DNA of 64,000 bases from Candidatus Uhrbacteria bacterium GW2011_GWC2_41_11. Lineage in GTDB: Bacteria; Patescibacteriota; Patescibacteriia; UBA9934; GWF2-40-263. The notes under the pieces are model-generated. The model did no database searches and was not told the origin of the DNA. It worked only from the letters and a program-made list of their open reading frames with translations. The DNA is taken from NCBI GenBank assembly GCA_000996355.1, contig LCAH01000004.1:14501-78500 (forward strand), given 5' to 3'. Of the stretch, positions 60,521-64,000 are shown piece after piece; within the stretch, counting starts at the first letter, position 1, and each line of letters begins with the position of its first letter. Made by a program: the position numbers and the translations under genes.

Positions 60521-61660
60521 GTGCAGGAATACGTGGAGGCCGTTGAACAGTGGAATGGATCGTATGATCCTGTCTGGCTTGGGAAACGATGGAAAATGCT
60601 TTCAGATCTTGATCAGATCCAGCACGCTCGTTTGAATGCGCGAATGTATGCACTCCAAAAAGAGCTTGTAAATCTTGTTCATCGCTATGCCATGCCACTT
60701 GAGGAAGAAGAACTCGCTCTTGAATCGCGAGTGGCTCTGGCAGTGGATATGGAGGATCTTCTTCGATTGGCTGATGTTCAAGGGGATGATCCGTTGCGAT
60801 GTCGCAAACGATTTGAAGCAAGAAGATTTTTTGATCTGACCATGTTTCTTGATCGGATTGATCGGATTGATCCGATTGAGCGGGTACGTCGGGATCTGTC
60901 TCGGATGATTCATCTATTTGAACATCATCTTTTCCTCCCTGGGAGTGAAAATATTCAGGTCTGGACATATCATGATCCAACACGCGCATATCGTGTTGCG
61001 CAGATTGGAATCAATCGTCAATTATTTCTTCCAAACGAACGATATAATCCCATGACTTGTCGGCTTTTGGCAGGGACACAAGATGGACGGGTCTTGTTTC
61101 ATCACCGAGATAAGGATACATTCGGTGCTTGTCTCAAGATTTTGAAACAGCGACAAGATAGGAAAAAAGCAGATCCATTTGATGTTCGAGATCGTCGTGG
61201 ATTTGCTCTTGTTGTTTCAGATTTGATGTATCGAGATCAATTGATTGATAAACTTCAGCAAGTAGTAACATCCGCTGGAGGTAAAATGAGACTCGACGCT
61301 TCAAATTCAACAGGTGATTCGGAAACAAAAATGGATCCGAACAATCCACATACAAGTGAGTATTTTCGAGCCACAAAATTTGAGATTCTATGGAATATGC
61401 CATCTGAGGATTGGCAAAAATTTCCTTATGAAATCATTATTTTTACTTTTGCGGATTATTTTTCGCAGAAGTTTTCTCTCGGTCTCGAAAATCATGATTT
61501 ATACAGACTTGAGCAAATGCTTGATGTCTATTTCCCGATTTTATTTCCTTCGTCCGTGTATCAGACGGTTGTGGATTGGAAGGATACATCCATTCGGGAA
61601 CTGCTTCGTAAGTGTAAACGTGCGAAGCTTGGGTGGAAGATCAATGGTCGTAATCATTAA
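60521..61660 (+). CDS. Divergent RelA/SpoT-like nucleotidyltransferase-fold protein
   Basis: RDK......LK, D.RD.RGF.LV, YFRA.K, YEI.I.T, H..Y...Q. Confidence 0.6.
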   Translation: MQEYVEAVEQWNGSYDPVWLGKRWKMLSDLDQIQHARLNARMYALQKELVNLVHRYAMPLEEEELALESRVALAVDMEDLLRLADVQGDDPLRCRKRFEARRFFDLTMFLDRIDRIDPIERVRRDLSRMIHLFEHHLFLPGSENIQVWTYHDPTRAYRVAQIGINRQLFLPNERYNPMTCRLLAGTQDGRVLFHHRDKDTFGACLKILKQRQDRKKADPFDVRDRRGFALVVSDLMYRDQLIDKLQQVVTSAGGKMRLDASNSTGDSETKMDPNNPHTSEYFRATKFEILWNMPSEDWQKFPYEIIIFTFADYFSQKFSLGLENHDLYRLEQMLDVYFPILFPSSVYQTVVDWKDTSIRELLRKCKRAKLGWKINGRNH

Positions 61661-61686
61661 GAGGTCATACTCGACCTCTTTTTTAT

Positions 61687-61858
61687 TTGACAGATTTTTT
61701 TTTCTCGATATACTCAAACATGTTATGAATCGACGCCACACACCTTTCTTTTTTGGAGGATTCTGCTTTTTTAAAAAAGTGGGTGGTTTTGTCGTGAATT
61801 CCAGATAATATTCTGCGTTTTCGAATGATAGCCACCCTAGCCGGTGGCTGTTTTGTTT
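61687..61858 (+). promoter_or_regulatory. Promoter plus putative Phe-sensing transcription attenuator
   Basis: TTGACA-N16-TATACT; leader ORF; alternative stems GGGTGGTT:AGCCACCC versus AGCCACC:GGTGGCT plus T-rich tail. Confidence 0.75.
61725..61808 (+). CDS. Phe-rich leader peptide, 27 aa (MNRRHTPFFFGGFCFFKKVGGFVVNSR)
   Basis: 7 Phe; resembles E. coli PheL [15 protein letters not shown]. Confidence 0.7.
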   Translation: MNRRHTPFFFGGFCFFKKVGGFVVNSR

Positions 61859-61942
61859 CCCTTGATGCGAGTCATTCACATGCCGTGGATGGCTCACAGG
61901 AAAGGATGAAACTCACAACCAAACGGGTAAAGGAGATTGTTC

Positions 61943-63142
61943 ATGACAGTCTATTGCCATGTTACAGAAGATGTCATTGACCACACGCCTGAAAGTCGTC
62001 GTTTGCTCGGTCAATTCTCTTTACGAGCACTCCTGCTTGCCGAGTCTCAAGATACCGTGATTCTTCCAGGACGGATGAACCTTCCTCCTGAAATGGTTCT
62101 TTTAAATACGTTGGAAATTGGTCCGGAAATTGATCGGGTAAAATTTGATTTTTCTGATATTACCGGAGTGACCATTCAGCCTTTTTCCGGTACCTCATTG
62201 CGTTTGCGTGAGATGGTTAAGAAGGCTGGATGTGTGCTCAATGCTCCCAATTTCGAAGTCTGTTATCGTGCGAATGATAAAGGTGCATTTCAAACCGTTT
62301 GCATGCCGCTTCCGGAAGCGCGATTGCCATTTGGTGTTTCTTGTCGGTCGGAGGAAGTGCCTCATGCAGTACAGATGATTCACCGCGAGTTTGGACGTCC
62401 TGCAAGAATTAAGGCATCAAATTCCGCGAGTGGATTGAAACAAGGAATCATTCGTCCTGGTGATCCTGTTGTTCTCCCAAATGGTCATGGAGAAGATGGA
62501 GTGGTAAAAATAGAATCGCATTATGTTGTTCAGATTCAATATGAACATGATCTGGATGCAAGTGTTCAGTTTTTTATTCATGAAGATGGTTGTCTTGATG
62601 TTGGACCTGTCACTCGCCAGTATGTGGATGAGGGAGGTCATCATTTCGGTAATACCCTTCTCATTTCCAACTGGATTCCAGATGAGATGCAGAAGATTAT
62701 GATTCAAGCAGCACGTGTGATTGCCGTTCAGGTTCGGGATCAGTTCAAATATTTTGGACATGGTTCTGTGGATTTCATCTGCAATCGGAAAACAGGAGAT
62801 GTGTACGCGGTTGAAGTAAATGCGCGCGTCACAGCTGCTACATATCCTCTTGAGGCTGCTCGCGCTTGGTACGGAACAGGAATGGTCCTTCCGTTCGATA
62901 TGAGAAGCTTCTGGATCCCGTATGATATTTCTCTCTGGGATTTCTCTTTGTCTTTTCATCAGGTTCTTTTTAACCGAAAAGAACGAATTGGTTTTGTTCC
63001 TTTTTGCTTTCTTCCTCATGCGTTTCCCATCGAGAACAGAGGATTTTGTTACGGGGTATGTTTTGCCCGTGATGAAAGAGAACTTCTGTGGGTTGTGCAA
63101 AAAGTTGAGGAGTGCAAACGAAAACTTCTTGAGGGCGTTTAA
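61943..63142 (+). CDS. ATP-grasp ligase with pre-ATP-grasp domain (PGM1-like)
   Basis: ANDK..F, K...SASG..Q, SVQF, GN, G.GSVDF, EVNAR.TAATYP; AGGAG SD. Confidence 0.85.
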   Translation: MTVYCHVTEDVIDHTPESRRLLGQFSLRALLLAESQDTVILPGRMNLPPEMVLLNTLEIGPEIDRVKFDFSDITGVTIQPFSGTSLRLREMVKKAGCVLNAPNFEVCYRANDKGAFQTVCMPLPEARLPFGVSCRSEEVPHAVQMIHREFGRPARIKASNSASGLKQGIIRPGDPVVLPNGHGEDGVVKIESHYVVQIQYEHDLDASVQFFIHEDGCLDVGPVTRQYVDEGGHHFGNTLLISNWIPDEMQKIMIQAARVIAVQVRDQFKYFGHGSVDFICNRKTGDVYAVEVNARVTAATYPLEAARAWYGTGMVLPFDMRSFWIPYDISLWDFSLSFHQVLFNRKERIGFVPFCFLPHAFPIENRGFCYGVCFARDERELLWVVQKVEECKRKLLEGV

Positions 63143-63169
63143 TCGCGCTCTCTTTTTTTTTGTAAAGAC

Positions 63170-63382
63170 TTGACGGACAAAAAAGAGCCATGATATGTTC
63201 TAAAAAGAATAGATACGTATGTTGAAATCCACCAAACATCTTTCTCTTTCGATTATTGAGATCGTGATACCAATGATTATTCTTGGCATTATTATTTTGA
63301 TTAAGAGAAAGACGGTGATGGAGATTCTCTCGTATTAATAGAGAATAGAAACCAAAGCCGTCGAATGTTTCGACGGCTTTTT
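63170..63382 (+). promoter_or_regulatory. Promoter plus putative Ile/branched-chain-sensing transcription attenuator
   Basis: TTGACG-N18-TATGTT with TG extension; leader ORF; antiterminator GACGGT:GCCGTC versus terminator AAAGCCGTCGAA-tgt-TTCGACGGCTTT-TT. Confidence 0.72.
63219..63338 (+). CDS. Ile-rich leader peptide, 39 aa (MLKSTKHLSLSIIEIVIPMIILGIIILIKRKTVMEILSY)
   Basis: 11 Ile, 6 Leu, 2 Val; lies between promoter and terminator. Confidence 0.7.
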   Translation: MLKSTKHLSLSIIEIVIPMIILGIIILIKRKTVMEILSY

Positions 63383-63473
63383 CTGTTGTGAAAGTGAGAG
63401 GGTATTGAAAAAAATTTTCCGTATCCTCCGAATTTTCGGAACACATGTTCTTTTCAAAAAAGGAGGTCTCCTC

Positions 63474-63962
63474 GTGTCTGAACATCGCATTGCGTTTGAT
63501 GATTTAAGTGTTTTTTGTGAACCCAATGAGGATGGGTTTCACATTGGAGTTGTCGATGGACTGAATCATTATCCTGATCGCGCTCAGGTTCTTCCTTACA
63601 AAGCTGTGTATCTCATGGATGGAGACGTATCAGACATGCTCGAACATCAGGCATATCTGCGTGCACTTGGGGTTGGAACTCAAGAACTTCGATTCGTAAA
63701 AGGAAAAAATTTGTTTGACGGCCTTCTTACAAATCGGGAAGAAATGGAACGTCTTATGTTTGAAATGCAAACAAACGAGGAACTGACCATTGATGCGTTT
63801 ACAGGTGCTTCTCCCGATTGGAAGAATATGGTGGAGGCTCTTCTTCTTGATCCGGGACGAGTTCGTACACGGCGTCCAGTTCGCGGTACTTTTCCGCGTA
63901 ATCCATGCCGTAGCCCACGACAAAGCCCTTGTCTATGGTCGCGCCCGTGTAATCGACCTTGA
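63474..63962 (+). CDS. Second ATP-grasp paralogue, N-terminal part only (true sequence appears lost after ~63850)
   Basis: AGGAGG SD plus GTG; aligns with the 61943 protein: SVFCEPNED/TVYCHVTED, DRAQVL/LRALLL, LRALGVG/LNTLEIG, TIDAFTGAS/TIQPFSGTS. Confidence 0.72.
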   Translation: MSEHRIAFDDLSVFCEPNEDGFHIGVVDGLNHYPDRAQVLPYKAVYLMDGDVSDMLEHQAYLRALGVGTQELRFVKGKNLFDGLLTNREEMERLMFEMQTNEELTIDAFTGASPDWKNMVEALLLDPGRVRTRRPVRGTFPRNPCRSPRQSPCLWSRPCNRP

Positions 63963-63999
63963 GGTCAGGGCAGCCGCCATCGCGCCGGAGCAGCGTACA
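63848..63999 (-). CDS. hpt: C-terminal fragment of hypoxanthine phosphoribosyltransferase, GC-rich, probably foreign sequence
   Basis: Translates CTLLRRDGGCPDLKVDYTGATIDKGFVVGYGMDYAEKYRELDAVYEL. Confidence 0.88.
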
Positions 64000-64000
64000 T

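Overview
Window from an AT-rich, standard-code bacterium whose gene content points to Patescibacteria/CPR, probably class ABY1 (inference from a giant Cys-rich surface protein, a CPR-type VirB4/PrgI cluster, split ComEC and core genes without Shine-Dalgarno sites). Contents: core genes (yraN, nusA, yidC, CIRCE-groES-groEL, frameshifting prfB, rsmA, serS, leuS, ugd, comEC, ndk); a T4SS-like/surface region (10.7-35.7 kb) with a 3271-aa protein and an M23 peptidase; tRNA-Ser(GCT) preceded by a degenerate copy of its own 5' half and a GIY-YIG gene; and an integrase-less island at the tRNA 3' end (36.9-45.9 kb). The island is divided into modules by CCGCCA-ending repeats and carries NUDIX, DHFR-like, a type I RM system with a broken hsdM, a CapRel-like toxin and Fic. 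Best novel candidate: two paralogous ATP-grasp genes (61.9 and 63.5 kb), each behind its own promoter, a short leader ORF absent from the ORF track (Phe-rich, pheL-like; Ile-rich, ilvL-like) and mutually exclusive terminator/antiterminator stems. This looks like amino-acid-specific attenuation of peptide-ligase-like enzymes. The last ~150 nt are a GC-rich hpt fragment, probably a chimeric join. No CRISPR array or rRNA seen. All calls are by eye; no searches were run.
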